Shown: positions 1-9,085 of the stretch, piece by piece
How positions within the stretch are numbered: the stretch's first letter is position 1
How the letters are laid out: each line of letters begins with the position of its first letter
IMG/VR virus record: IMGVR_UViG_3300029288_000075
Coordinates: 96,001 to 160,000 of that record
Length of the DNA: 64,000 nucleotides
Reading direction: 5' to 3' (one strand)
Origin: a virus
Taxonomy: Duplodnaviria; Caudoviricetes
Notes under the pieces: model-generated
Databases searched by the model: none
Seen by the model: only the letters and a program-made list of their open reading frames with translations
Told to the model about the DNA's origin: nothing
Translations under genes and position numbers: made by a program

Positions 1-565
1 GCCCGCGGCCAAGGCAGCCAAGAAGGCGGTGAAGAAGGCATCCAAGAAGGAGGCAAAGGCGAGCAAACCTGCGAAGAAGCTTGTCAAGCGTGTCAAGCAG
101 GCAGCTTCAGGCAAGGCACCCGCCGCAGCCGCGCGTGGCAAGGGCAAGAGGAAGGGTAGCAAGCGCACTGTTCAGTCCAGCAAGGTAGAGGAACCTGCCC
201 CGGCGCGGAAGGCCGTAGAGACCGGCGCCTCCCGGGAACAGAAGGACGTGCATCTGATCGAGTTGATGGGAACGGTGGTCAATACACTGAGCACCGTGGT
301 GAAGTCCATGGAGTCTTCTAAGGACCTCTTCCCAAAAGCTGACCTGGAGGCTGGGGTAAAGTCCGCCCATGCTTCCATGACGCGGGCGGTGCGCATCATT
401 GACGGTGCGCTCACCCCCCTGGACAAAAGTGCAGAAGGCAAGTCCGGGACGGTCACGGGAAAAAGGGGCAAAGGGGTAGCGGATAAGCAGGCCCCTGCGG
501 ACGAAGAGGAAGTCGACACCGGTGTTTCCGAGGAGGATGGGGCAGGCGTAGCGGATGACGCGTAG
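1..565 (+). CDS. Histone H1-like Lys/Ala-rich protein, 5' truncated by the window edge
   Basis: Frame is open from position 2 (PAAKAAKKAVKKASKKEAKASKPAKK...); basic N-terminal region, acidic C-terminal tail. Confidence 0.6.
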   Translation, partial: PAAKAAKKAVKKASKKEAKASKPAKKLVKRVKQAASGKAPAAAARGKGKRKGSKRTVQSSKVEEPAPARKAVETGASREQKDVHLIELMGTVVNTLSTVVKSMESSKDLFPKADLEAGVKSAHASMTRAVRIIDGALTPLDKSAEGKSGTVTGKRGKGVADKQAPADEEEVDTGVSEEDGAGVADDA

Positions 566-567
566 TC

Positions 568-846
568 GTGCCTACTCTCGAGGAACATAAGCTGCAGCTG
601 GTGCGTCAGCGGTTCGAAGGGACCCTACCTTGGTTTGAGCGTAGTACTCGAGCCAAGGTAGCCCTTCGTTCGTCCACCGTTGGCGGCAGCTTTACGCTGT
701 GTGCCACATGGGTTGGCGGCACACATGAAAAGACGTACACCGTAGCGACCATACGTGACGTTGGTCGACGCGGATGTACCAAGTGGCTGGCAGAACAGTT
801 CGTTCGCGAAGTGCTACTCAAGCAGGGAGAGGAACCAGACGAATGA
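568..846 (+). CDS. hypothetical protein
   Basis: Fits between neighbours; its stop overlaps the next start (ATGA). Confidence 0.6.
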   Translation: MPTLEEHKLQLVRQRFEGTLPWFERSTRAKVALRSSTVGGSFTLCATWVGGTHEKTYTVATIRDVGRRGCTKWLAEQFVREVLLKQGEEPDE

Positions 847-1622
847 TCGTAGGTATTTCTGGTCTTTGTACGGATATCCACGGCGCACAGCGCGTAGCAG
901 GTGCTGGTAAGGATGTCGTAGCGCAGCGGCTACTGCGGCATCACTCTTTTGTGCAGCTGGCGTGGGCAGATCCCATGAAGAGGTTCTGCCAGGAGGTATT
1001 CGCGTTTACGGATGAGCAGCTTTGGGGAGACAGCAAGGCACGTGTTCAGCCAGATCCTCGATACGTGCGGGTGCCAGCAGGCGAGTTGGACTCCATCACT
1101 GGGGAGCCCAACCCGCCGGTACCTGTTTTCCTTACGCCACGTTATGCGCTGCAAACGTTGGGCAACGACTGGGGTAGGGCATGCTGCCGTGATACATGGA
1201 TTCGCTACGGCATTCGTGTCATCCGGCAGCTGCAGCGAGGCGGTTGTACGTACTCCCCGCAGCAGGGTCTGCGCCCGTGCTGCGTTATCGACAGTGAAGC
1301 AGTGCGCCCAAAGACCCGGGTGGTGGTGTCCGATCTACGCTACTACAACGAGGCTGAGGGGATTCGTGAGGCGGGAGGTAGATTGGTGCGTGTGAAGCGC
1401 ACGGTGGACTACGCCTTTGCAGATCAGCAAATGGACGGACAGCATCAGAGTGAAGTGGAGTTGCCCACCTGGGGTGACGACAAGTTCGACTACATCATCG
1501 AGAATAACGGGGACAACCTGGACCACTTGAACCTACTAGTGGACCAGATGGTTGCCGTGTTCTCTGGAAGAGTGCAGCCATTCGACGAGTCCCGGCAAGA
1601 TGTGCCACCGTGCCTCAGGTAG
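843..1622 (+). CDS. Deoxynucleoside monophosphate kinase (T4 gp1-like)
   Basis: IVGISG...AGAGKD P-loop, WADPMK, TPRYALQTLGNDWGR, VVVSDLRYYNE, HQSE, IIENNG motifs; ATG 843 preceded by GAGGA. Confidence 0.88.
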   Translation: MIVGISGLCTDIHGAQRVAGAGKDVVAQRLLRHHSFVQLAWADPMKRFCQEVFAFTDEQLWGDSKARVQPDPRYVRVPAGELDSITGEPNPPVPVFLTPRYALQTLGNDWGRACCRDTWIRYGIRVIRQLQRGGCTYSPQQGLRPCCVIDSEAVRPKTRVVVSDLRYYNEAEGIREAGGRLVRVKRTVDYAFADQQMDGQHQSEVELPTWGDDKFDYIIENNGDNLDHLNLLVDQMVAVFSGRVQPFDESRQDVPPCLR

Positions 1623-1648
1623 TAGCCAGTACATGATAAGGTAGCCCT

Positions 1649-2044
1649 ATGGCATTCCCAATTTCTCTGGAACAGAGCGAGTACGAGACGCTGGTTGAGT
1701 ATGCCCGACAAGGCACGCTGGATGCCAACGGCCATGTGATCCAGGAGAAGGCTTTGGGCTTGGATGCATGGCTGAGGCTCATCGAGGGGAAGAACGATAT
1801 CCATCGCTACTTCCTGTGGGTGCAGTGGCAGGAGCAGGATGCTCCGCTGCCGGCAGGTACTTCTTTCCCTGACAAGTGGCCTCCAGAACTTCGGGAGTTT
1901 ATCGCTCTGACGTCACGCAGGATCGCCCGAGCAGATGTCGATGCCGTACTTGCTAGGCGAGCACGGCAGCCAACGAATGTACTGGTGACTTTGGACCCGG
2001 CAGCTCGGGTAGGCTGGACTGAGCTGGATCAGTTCTTCCACTGA
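1649..2044 (+). CDS. hypothetical protein, probably leaderless
   Basis: 131-aa ORF; TGA-TAAGGT-N6-ATG directly upstream. Confidence 0.7.
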   Translation: MAFPISLEQSEYETLVEYARQGTLDANGHVIQEKALGLDAWLRLIEGKNDIHRYFLWVQWQEQDAPLPAGTSFPDKWPPELREFIALTSRRIARADVDAVLARRARQPTNVLVTLDPAARVGWTELDQFFH

Positions 2045-2051
2045 GGTCGAC

Positions 2052-2342
2052 ATGCCAGACGAAGGACTGCACTGTCTGAATTGCGGTAAAGGTGTGAGGC
2101 CTGGCGAGGCTAAGCTTTTTGCCGAAGTCTTCTTGTGCCCCGCCTGCTACACGCAGGCGGAGCACTTCTGGCTCAGGCTGGACCGCGAATTACGTAGCCT
2201 CCTTGTTTTGGCCAAAGACGCTATTCGTGTAGCTCTACTGCAGGGCAAGTTCTCTTTTCCTGAAAGTGGCAACAAGGAAGTATCCAAGCGGGAAGTTCTT
2301 GAAGCCATCTTGACGATGGAGGAGCACAGAGGAAATGGCTGA
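2052..2342 (+). CDS. Zn-finger protein
   Basis: CLNC...CPAC; GAGG RBS. Confidence 0.65.
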   Translation: MPDEGLHCLNCGKGVRPGEAKLFAEVFLCPACYTQAEHFWLRLDRELRSLLVLAKDAIRVALLQGKFSFPESGNKEVSKREVLEAILTMEEHRGNG

Positions 2343-2580
2343 TTCCTTGTTGGGTGAATACACGGCGGAGTGCACCTTCCCCTCATGCGTAGGCAAGTTG
2401 CGCTTTCAGTATCCAGCAGCCTCCAGGCTACGGCCAGGAGACATCGTTCCATTCGATTCAAGCAGACCTGACTTTGGAAAGTGCCCGTTATGCAAACGCA
2501 ACGCGATGCGAGTACAGACAGCCCCTTCCCAACCCTTGCCTTCTCCCCCGGTGGGGTTTTCGGAAATACCGACCACTTAG
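2335..2580 (+). CDS. Zn-ribbon protein
   Basis: CTFPSC...CPLC; GAGGA RBS. Confidence 0.6.
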   Translation: MADSLLGEYTAECTFPSCVGKLRFQYPAASRLRPGDIVPFDSSRPDFGKCPLCKRNAMRVQTAPSQPLPSPPVGFSEIPTT

Positions 2581-2957
2581 CATGGTGCCGTCGCGACTGG
2601 CGTAGTCCTGTAGGTACCTTCGAGGGCTTCCACGAAGAGAAGAGCATAGAGGTGCTAGGTGACCAGCAGTATCTTTGGACACTGCGTAGGATCTCTCGTC
2701 TGTCTTTGAGTCACACGGCGACGCTGCTCATGTTGCAAGGGATGCAGTTGAAGCACCTGCTGTTGTCGAACTACTACGTCAGGCATCGGCTGCTGGAGGA
2801 GGAGCTCTTGTTAGGAGAGGTGCTGCTGCGGGTGGACCCGTGGAACTACCGAAAGACCTCCCCTGAGTTGACGAACCTGGCGCTGGTGTCCTTTCACGGC
2901 GCGGTGGACGAGGTCGTGCAGCAGCTGCTGCCCAGAGTGATAGCTGCCACCGCTTGA
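2481..2957 (+). CDS. hypothetical protein, start uncertain
   Basis: Only long + frame filling the gap; true start probably downstream of 2580. Confidence 0.45.
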   Translation: MPVMQTQRDASTDSPFPTLAFSPGGVFGNTDHLAWCRRDWRSPVGTFEGFHEEKSIEVLGDQQYLWTLRRISRLSLSHTATLLMLQGMQLKHLLLSNYYVRHRLLEEELLLGEVLLRVDPWNYRKTSPELTNLALVSFHGAVDEVVQQLLPRVIAATA

Positions 2958-2982
2958 CCCCCGGCCGATTTTTAGCTACGGT
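2954..2982 (+). promoter_or_regulatory. sigma70-type promoter for the 3019 operon
   Basis: TTGACC-N17-TACGGT in the intergenic gap. Confidence 0.55.
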
Positions 2983-3018
2983 TTAGGCGTACGGTGTACG
3001 CCCAGAAAGGCGTCTTCC

Positions 3019-4332
3019 ATGAAGAGAGAAAGTGGCAGTGGAATTGTAAATCCAGGAGGTCCAGGCATACCGCCGACGACGGTGGTGCGTGACCCTTCAA
3101 ATCCAGTGCAGATGGGCGTGGGGGAGCCTTTTGTGGATGATAGGGTGAGAGATCCCGCTGCATTGGCGTACGCCGCGGGGGCACAGAATCGTCGCCGGTC
3201 GCCCTTGCCTTTGTATAGGACGCCTGTGGCAGGTGGGCCAGATGTGGCCATTCCACGACTGGACAGCGAAGCAGGGCAAGGGACCATGGCCGAGCAGGCG
3301 CAACAACAGCGCATGCCAACCGTCAACCAGCTGGTCAGCGAGATAGCTCAGCAGCCTGCACTTCGTTCTGGGATTGTATCCGGTACGGCGCACCAAGCGT
3401 CTCCTCCAGTTCCTCAGCAAATGAGGTCTCGAGCGACGCCCCTCGTGGTTCCAGGCCTGCAAAATGGGGACATGCTGCCTGATGAGGCGGAGCAAGATCC
3501 CACGTACCAGCAGGGGCATGGCAGTAGGTTTGCCATCAACCAACCTGCGCTGGCACTCAAGTATGGGGTGATACGCGGGGGTGAGCGCGTTCCCCCGCAG
3601 GTGCTGGCCGCCGGCGTTCGCTCCAAGCAAGGCGCATCAGCGGGCAAGCTAAGGCCTGAAACCGTTGAGGGGTTGCAGGCCATGAAGGCTCTGGAAGACG
3701 CTTCCAAGAGGGTCACGGCCAAGGCGGAAGATAGGCAGGTTTCCGCGGAGACTGCTGCAGGACCTGCAGGGGGTGCCGGCGAAACCAAGGCACCGATGAC
3801 GGACGATGAAGTTCAGAAGCTGTTGGACAGCCTGGATGACTACGACATCAGCCGCGTGAAGAAGGCGTTGTTCAAGGACATGTTGAACAACGACAAGCAG
3901 CGGGAGATTATTGAGGCTCGGTTGAAGCCCCTCGATCTGACCTCCCTCATCACGCAAGGTCGTGTAACCCAGATCGTGCCGGTAGTTCCGGGTGTGTTCG
4001 AGCCAGAGTTTCAATCCTACGATGGTGAGGAGGATCTCACTATCAAGCGGCTCATCGGGATTGAGGCTCGCTTGTCTGGGGCGGGTGACCGCTACGTGCT
4101 GGACAAGTACCAGCTGATGGGTCTTACGGTGGCGCTTCGGGCCATCAACAAGGAGCTGCTACCCGACTACTTGAACGCTGAAGGTGTTTTTGACGAAGCC
4201 CTTTTTTGGCAGAAGTACGACATCGTGTCTCGGTTCAATTACCACATGCTTGCCAGTATGATGGTGAATTGGTTCTGGTTCGACGCACGAGTTCGCAAGC
4301 TTCTCAAGGCGGACGAGTTGGGAAATGGATAA
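3019..4332 (+). CDS. Tail assembly chaperone-like protein (lambda gpG analogue) with a long disordered N-terminus
   Basis: 437 aa; folded C-terminal domain; ends on a G-GGA-AAT slippery heptamer two codons before the stop. Confidence 0.55.
   Translation: MKRESGSGIVNPGGPGIPPTTVVRDPSNPVQMGVGEPFVDDRVRDPAALAYAAGAQNRRRSPLPLYRTPVAGGPDVAIPRLDSEAGQGTMAEQAQQQRMPTVNQLVSEIAQQPALRSGIVSGTAHQASPPVPQQMRSRATPLVVPGLQNGDMLPDEAEQDPTYQQGHGSRFAINQPALALKYGVIRGGERVPPQVLAAGVRSKQGASAGKLRPETVEGLQAMKALEDASKRVTAKAEDRQVSAETAAGPAGGAGETKAPMTDDEVQKLLDSLDDYDISRVKKALFKDMLNNDKQREIIEARLKPLDLTSLITQGRVTQIVPVVPGVFEPEFQSYDGEEDLTIKRLIGIEARLSGAGDRYVLDKYQLMGLTVALRAINKELLPDYLNAEGVFDEALFWQKYDIVSRFNYHMLASMMVNWFWFDARVRKLLKADELGNG
4320..4326 (+). 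promoter_or_regulatory. Programmed -1 ribosomal frameshift site GGGAAAT
   Basis: X XXY YYZ phasing (G GGA AAT) in the 3019 frame; the -1 frame stays open to 4748. Confidence 0.75.
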
Positions 4333-4748
4333 AGACTCCCGAGGGCTGGGCGCAGGCAAATCTATTGCTTGCGACTCTGAGGAGGCCGCCACCTCGGGGG
4401 TCTGCGCAATCGTATGTATTACAGGCACTCCTCATACACAAGGACCAGATCGAGTACATGCGCACGCTCGCGCTGGTGCAGGCAATCGTCAACAAGGAAG
4501 AGGCAAGTAAGACACTTGAAGCTTATCGTGACACGCAGATGCCGTATCTACCTCGAGTACAGAAGGTGGACCGGCAGAAGCACATTGAACGACTGATGGC
4601 TGAGGTGTCGAAAGGCCCACTGAAGATCACGCACGTCATGCACAAGCAGACAAAAAGCAAGTTGAGATCTCGGGTGATTCAGCGGTCGCAGGCAGAGCAG
4701 CTGGCGGCTGACAGGCGCTTGTCCGGAAAGATGGGCGGTATCGTATGA
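4320..4748 (+). CDS. -1 frameshift extension (gpGT-like C-terminus)
   Basis: GKWIKTPEGWAQ... frame has no start codon with an obvious RBS near 4330; its stop overlaps the next ATG. Confidence 0.65.
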   Translation, partial: GKWIKTPEGWAQANLLLATLRRPPPRGSAQSYVLQALLIHKDQIEYMRTLALVQAIVNKEEASKTLEAYRDTQMPYLPRVQKVDRQKHIERLMAEVSKGPLKITHVMHKQTKSKLRSRVIQRSQAEQLAADRRLSGKMGGIV

Positions 4749-5173
4749 GCAACAGCGAAGTCAGGATTTGTCCGCAGTGTGGGAGTGCTGGGGTGAACTT
4801 CTCTGCCATGGTCCATGGGCGCGGGGAATGCCGTGGCTGCGGATGGAAGGGGACGCGCGAGGAGCTAGTCGTCATCCCCTTCAACCACTCGTTCATGACA
4901 GACGAGTCGGTGATGCTGCAATTCACGCAGGACTTACGTCAGCTGCTGGCTCGAGACGTTGGCGTGGTCTTGCTGACCTACTTGACCAAGTGGGGATTTG
5001 TCAAAACCACTGTTGTAGCAGGCAAGGTGGTCATCGATAGTAAGCAGTTCACCCGCTACCTGGTAGCAATCGCCCGCGCCATCATTGTCTCTATTCTGGA
5101 AGAGCGCAGTCGTCAGGAGGCGGCTGTACAAGAAGCCTCAAGGGAAGGAGAGAGCAGTGGCCGAGCCAGCTGA
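4745..5173 (+). CDS. Zn-ribbon protein
   Basis: CPQC...CRGCGW. Confidence 0.7.
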   Translation: MSNSEVRICPQCGSAGVNFSAMVHGRGECRGCGWKGTREELVVIPFNHSFMTDESVMLQFTQDLRQLLARDVGVVLLTYLTKWGFVKTTVVAGKVVIDSKQFTRYLVAIARAIIVSILEERSRQEAAVQEASREGESSGRAS

Positions 5174-5411
5174 AAACGGAGGTACAGGGCTGTTTTGCTA
5201 CAAGGACCAGCACCGCCCGTGTGGTCCCGAGTGCATGGCTTACCTGCCTCAAGTACCCGACGGACCTTCCTACGTGGGGGTTCAGTGGGCGCACTGCCAC
5301 CTGCTCGTGAATGCTGAGCGGGTGGGCAAGCACATCATCATCGTGGTGGATCTACTAAAGCAAGTCAGGGCAGCCGGCTTGCGAAGTCAACAAGCGCCAG
5401 GAGTTATCTAA
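5157..5411 (+). CDS. Cys-rich hypothetical protein
   Basis: GTG start after AGGAG; FCYKD...PCGPECMAY...HC. Confidence 0.6.
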   Translation: MAEPAENGGTGLFCYKDQHRPCGPECMAYLPQVPDGPSYVGVQWAHCHLLVNAERVGKHIIIVVDLLKQVRAAGLRSQQAPGVI

Positions 5412-6097
5412 TGCACGCGGAAATTATCGGTCTTGGTCAGCAACTCTCCCTGGTGGATGGCAGTTCGTCCCACCAGATCACGCTTGTTCTACCCAGCGGC
5501 GCTGCTTTCACCGCGGTGGTAGACGAAGAAGTAGCTCAGCTCGTCACTGAGGAGTTCGTAGCTGCAGGGGGCGAGGCAGTAGCTAGGGCGGTACAGGCTG
5601 CAAAGTCTGAGGGTCCCTCCAGACCTCAAGTACATCCAGCGCTGGCGCAAGCTCGGTCGGCAGAGCCAAGTGTGCAAACCCGGGATTATGCACCGATGGA
5701 ACTAGCTGACGGTCAAGCTGGTGCGGACGGCGATTTGGAGTTTGGTGGAGACCTCGAGCCAGGCACCCTGGCTGTCGTTGGTGACCAGCTGCGACAGGCA
5801 GAACGTAGTATTGCGGCTGCTATCGGCGATACTGATCCAGACAACCCCCAAGAGATGCATGCTGCGGCGAATCGACTGCGTGGCATAGGAGAGCTGCCAA
5901 CGCCAAACTGGGCGGTGCAAGCGCAAAGTACTAAGGGTCCTGAAGCGCCGGCGATGCCAAAGGCGGTGACGCGTAGAACCCTGCGTATAGGGCAAGATGC
6001 AGCAGGCAACCCCGTTCTCAAGGGTCCGGGGGTGGTCGACCACCGTGCGCTGCTTGGTGGAACATCCGTGGAAGAGGGAGACGCGGGGCAGTTTTGA
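5411..6097 (+). CDS. hypothetical protein
   Basis: 228 aa, TAATG coupling to the previous gene. Confidence 0.7.
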   Translation: MHAEIIGLGQQLSLVDGSSSHQITLVLPSGAAFTAVVDEEVAQLVTEEFVAAGGEAVARAVQAAKSEGPSRPQVHPALAQARSAEPSVQTRDYAPMELADGQAGADGDLEFGGDLEPGTLAVVGDQLRQAERSIAAAIGDTDPDNPQEMHAAANRLRGIGELPTPNWAVQAQSTKGPEAPAMPKAVTRRTLRIGQDAAGNPVLKGPGVVDHRALLGGTSVEEGDAGQF

Positions 6098-6561
6098 TCT
6101 TTCTTGCCTGCCCCGCATGCCGTAAGGCTATCCGTGTGCACGGTGACATGGAGGAGATCACCACTTTGGTCGGTGAGCGCAGTGAGTTCTGGCCGGATAA
6201 GCACAAGTGCTTCAACTGCGACTGTTCTGTCATCTACTGCTTGACCATGGAGGTCAGCCCCGTGGCGCTGGCAGCTATGGACGTACACGACTTGACCCCG
6301 CAGGAAACCTATGCGGCATTGAACGGCTTCGGTTTGCCCGAGGAGCGAACATGCTGTCCCGAAGTTATCCTTCCGCTGTTTCAGGCCGTTGGTGTGTCAG
6401 TGAAAGGCAGCAGGATCAACACGGGCACCTACAGGGTGGAAGAGCTGACGTTCCCTGACGGCACTACCCTTTTCTTGGCACCAGCCGCTGTGGGGGCAGT
6501 AATCTACCGCGTACGGAAGAAGTCATCGTATGCAGAAAACGTGGAGAACACCCCAGCATGA
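6094..6561 (+). CDS. Zn-binding hypothetical protein
   Basis: CPAC...CFNC; overlapping stop/start. Confidence 0.65.
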   Translation: MIFLACPACRKAIRVHGDMEEITTLVGERSEFWPDKHKCFNCDCSVIYCLTMEVSPVALAAMDVHDLTPQETYAALNGFGLPEERTCCPEVILPLFQAVGVSVKGSRINTGTYRVEELTFPDGTTLFLAPAAVGAVIYRVRKKSSYAENVENTPA

Positions 6562-7220
6562 CCGCCCTATTGCTTTCGTACCAGCGCGTTGGTGAATACT
6601 TTGAAGGTACCGTCGGTGACACCCCGTTCGAGCGTCATTCCTTCTCAGACATGATGCTGATGGTGAGCGCTCGTATCATTCGGGAGGGGGTTTCTCAGCT
6701 CAACCTACAGCGTACAGACCGCGCCGGGTTAGCCATGGTGACCATGGAGCCCGCAATGTTCGAGTTGCTGACATCAGATCCGGCAGAGTACGTACGGTTG
6801 CATAGCCCACCTGCGCGCCGTGTGGTGGTACGTGGAGCCCCTTCAAGAGCCTCCAAAGGAACTGTACCGCTGTTGCGAGTAGGACATGACACGTTGGCGG
6901 CGGCCTTTGGAGACGTGATCTATCTGCGTATTCGCAGTGGGCGTGTGGAAAGTCCAGATACCGGTAGATGGGACCGTCTGGCGGTGGTCGAAGCGCGCAT
7001 GAACTTGCGGGAGCCACTTACGGTGGTGTACACCGATGAGGAATCAATGTCTGGCTGGGCGCTAGTTTCCACTGCTGCATTGCTCGAGCATACCCAGCCA
7101 ATCTTCTACCTACCGCGGGCGTGGAATCCGCATGGTGGGTGGATTCAAAGTAGTCAGTTACGTGAGATGTACGACAAGTACCAGAAAGAGAAGATACAAT
7201 GTCTATTGGCGACAGCGTGA
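6558..7220 (+). CDS. hypothetical protein
   Basis: 220 aa, ATGA coupling. Confidence 0.7.
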   Translation: MTALLLSYQRVGEYFEGTVGDTPFERHSFSDMMLMVSARIIREGVSQLNLQRTDRAGLAMVTMEPAMFELLTSDPAEYVRLHSPPARRVVVRGAPSRASKGTVPLLRVGHDTLAAAFGDVIYLRIRSGRVESPDTGRWDRLAVVEARMNLREPLTVVYTDEESMSGWALVSTAALLEHTQPIFYLPRAWNPHGGWIQSSQLREMYDKYQKEKIQCLLATA

Positions 7221-7576
7221 ATCCACTATTTCAAGCACGGCAAGATGGCGTGCGTCGGGCAACTGATGCATCCACTGAGGTGAAAGTTCCCCCGCAGACT
7301 GTCGTGGGTGTAGCGGAAGCCAAGGTGGTGTTTGTGCACTACTGCAATGCGCGGGGGGAGATGGAGACCTCCATGTTCTTCCAGGTCGGGGATCAACTAG
7401 TGGCCCCGAAGGATACGGCGGAGTGGTGCAAACGCATCTACCCGATGTCTGATTGGATGTACAAGCAGGTGCAGGCCAAGCAGCGAGCGGCTACGGCACC
7501 AAGTGCGCCCTTGCCTCAGGGGGATTCGGTAGACGTGCTTGACGGAGGTCTCGATGAAAATCCGCCTACTGCATGA
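7199..7576 (+). CDS. hypothetical protein
   Basis: 125 aa within the operon. Confidence 0.65.
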   Translation: MSIGDSVNPLFQARQDGVRRATDASTEVKVPPQTVVGVAEAKVVFVHYCNARGEMETSMFFQVGDQLVAPKDTAEWCKRIYPMSDWMYKQVQAKQRAATAPSAPLPQGDSVDVLDGGLDENPPTA

Positions 7577-7874
7577 TTGGGTGTTGGCGAGGGTGGAACC
7601 CGCGCCGACGGAAACCCCCGGAGGTATTGTGCTAGTTGGTCCTCGACCAATTCGCACTGCCACTGTACTTGCCGTAGGCCCTGGCAAGCGGGACTCCAAG
7701 GGCCATCTAACGCCCACGCAGCTGAAGGTGGGCGACACATTCCCGTTCTTCAAAGCAGCAGCCGAGACCAAGCAGGGGTATGCCTTGACGCTGCTTCTGG
7801 AGGACAACGAGGTTTTGATCCGGGAAAGCGATGTGCTTTTCGTGACCGAGCAAGGTGTGTCGGTGACGCTGTGA
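7554..7874 (+). CDS. groES: Co-chaperonin GroES-like protein
   Basis: MKIRLLHDWVL...TPGGIVL...VLAVGPG...LKVGD...LIRESDVL; GGAGG RBS. Confidence 0.9.
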   Translation: MKIRLLHDWVLARVEPAPTETPGGIVLVGPRPIRTATVLAVGPGKRDSKGHLTPTQLKVGDTFPFFKAAAETKQGYALTLLLEDNEVLIRESDVLFVTEQGVSVTL

Positions 7875-8080
7875 TTAGCGCGGAAAAACAGAGAGAACTC
7901 TCGAGTATCCTAGGGGACAGGTTACGCAGCAAGAAAGACACCAGTAAGCTAGCTAGCTACGCCGCCTCCTACATACGGGATATATTTCGCGAATATCCGG
8001 AGTTGACCAGCTTACCGAACGTGGTGGAAATACTGAAGGCGTGCAGTAAGCACCTAGGCGAGGACTCATGCGGTTCATAG
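7871..8080 (+). CDS. hypothetical protein
   Basis: GTGA coupling; MISAEKQREL... Confidence 0.55.
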   Translation: MISAEKQRELSSILGDRLRSKKDTSKLASYAASYIRDIFREYPELTSLPNVVEILKACSKHLGEDSCGS

Positions 8081-8367
8081 AACGGACAGGGCCTGGTCAG
8101 CTTGGGCTGAATTACATGTGGCTTCCCACGTGGATCGGCATGAATACGCAGCTGCTCAAGGAGCTTGAGACGGCTATCTCATCGCACATCGTGGGTAAAC
8201 CCCTTGATGAAGACACGCTAGACGCTGCCCACTACCTCATCTTGGATGAGCTCGAGCGAAGGTTCCCAAACAACGCTGGACTACGCGAGTACTTGGACGG
8301 TATCAAGTTCGTGATGGAAGATGGCACTGGGCGCTGGTCGGTAGCAAGCACAGCAAGCGTGGAATGA
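8068..8367 (+). CDS. hypothetical protein
   Basis: GAGGA RBS, 99 aa. Confidence 0.65.
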   Translation: MRFIERTGPGQLGLNYMWLPTWIGMNTQLLKELETAISSHIVGKPLDEDTLDAAHYLILDELERRFPNNAGLREYLDGIKFVMEDGTGRWSVASTASVE

Positions 8368-8546
8368 CGATGGGACAGAAGCGCGAAGACGATGGTAGGC
8401 TGCATCTGCGGATTGATCCGCGGCTGAAGCGTCGTATTCGCGAGTATGCCAGGCGGCAAGGCACGGACCTATCCAAGATTGTGACCCAAAGGTTCCTGGA
8501 GCTGCTGCGACAAGACGAGCAGCAGCGCGATGCGGAGCAGCTATGA
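8364..8546 (+). CDS. Ribbon-helix-helix DNA-binding protein
   Basis: RLHLRIDPRLKRRIREYARRQGTDLSKIV pattern. Confidence 0.75.
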   Translation: MTMGQKREDDGRLHLRIDPRLKRRIREYARRQGTDLSKIVTQRFLELLRQDEQQRDAEQL

Positions 8547-9085
8547 ATCAGGACTACGTCATCGATACCGACTCCATTGACGTTCCGGCATCCGGAGGGA
8601 TCCCCGCGTATCTGAAGGTGTTGGAGTACATCTTTGAATTGCCCAGGGTGCAGCGGGTAGTGGTCACGCTGGACAAGATAGAGTGGACTAGATATCGACG
8701 GGCAGATGAGCCTACGACACCGGTTGAGATAGACCTGGAGTCGGTACTACCCTACAGCGTCATACGTTCGCATGACGTACAGGAAGTACTGATTGACAAC
8801 CTGCCTAATCCGATAGCTGCGCTGGGTATGCTGTTCGCAAAGGTGCACATGGACGGCTACTCTCCCATCCTTTTTGTGACGGGGATGCAGAGCATACTTC
8901 CGCGTTGGTATTCACAGCAGACAGGGGTGGTGCTGCCCCCAGGCACACTGCATGGGCATCAAGTCTTGGGTGACAGCCACATTGACGACGAGACACTCAT
9001 ACTTTGCGCGGGCGTAAGTCGACGAGCGTCGCTGGTCGACACGCAGATGTCTTACAAGATTACGTTGCCAAGGAGAGCACGATGA
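8543..9085 (+). CDS. hypothetical protein
   Basis: 180 aa, coupled to neighbour. Confidence 0.7.
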   Translation: MNQDYVIDTDSIDVPASGGIPAYLKVLEYIFELPRVQRVVVTLDKIEWTRYRRADEPTTPVEIDLESVLPYSVIRSHDVQEVLIDNLPNPIAALGMLFAKVHMDGYSPILFVTGMQSILPRWYSQQTGVVLPPGTLHGHQVLGDSHIDDETLILCAGVSRRASLVDTQMSYKITLPRRAR

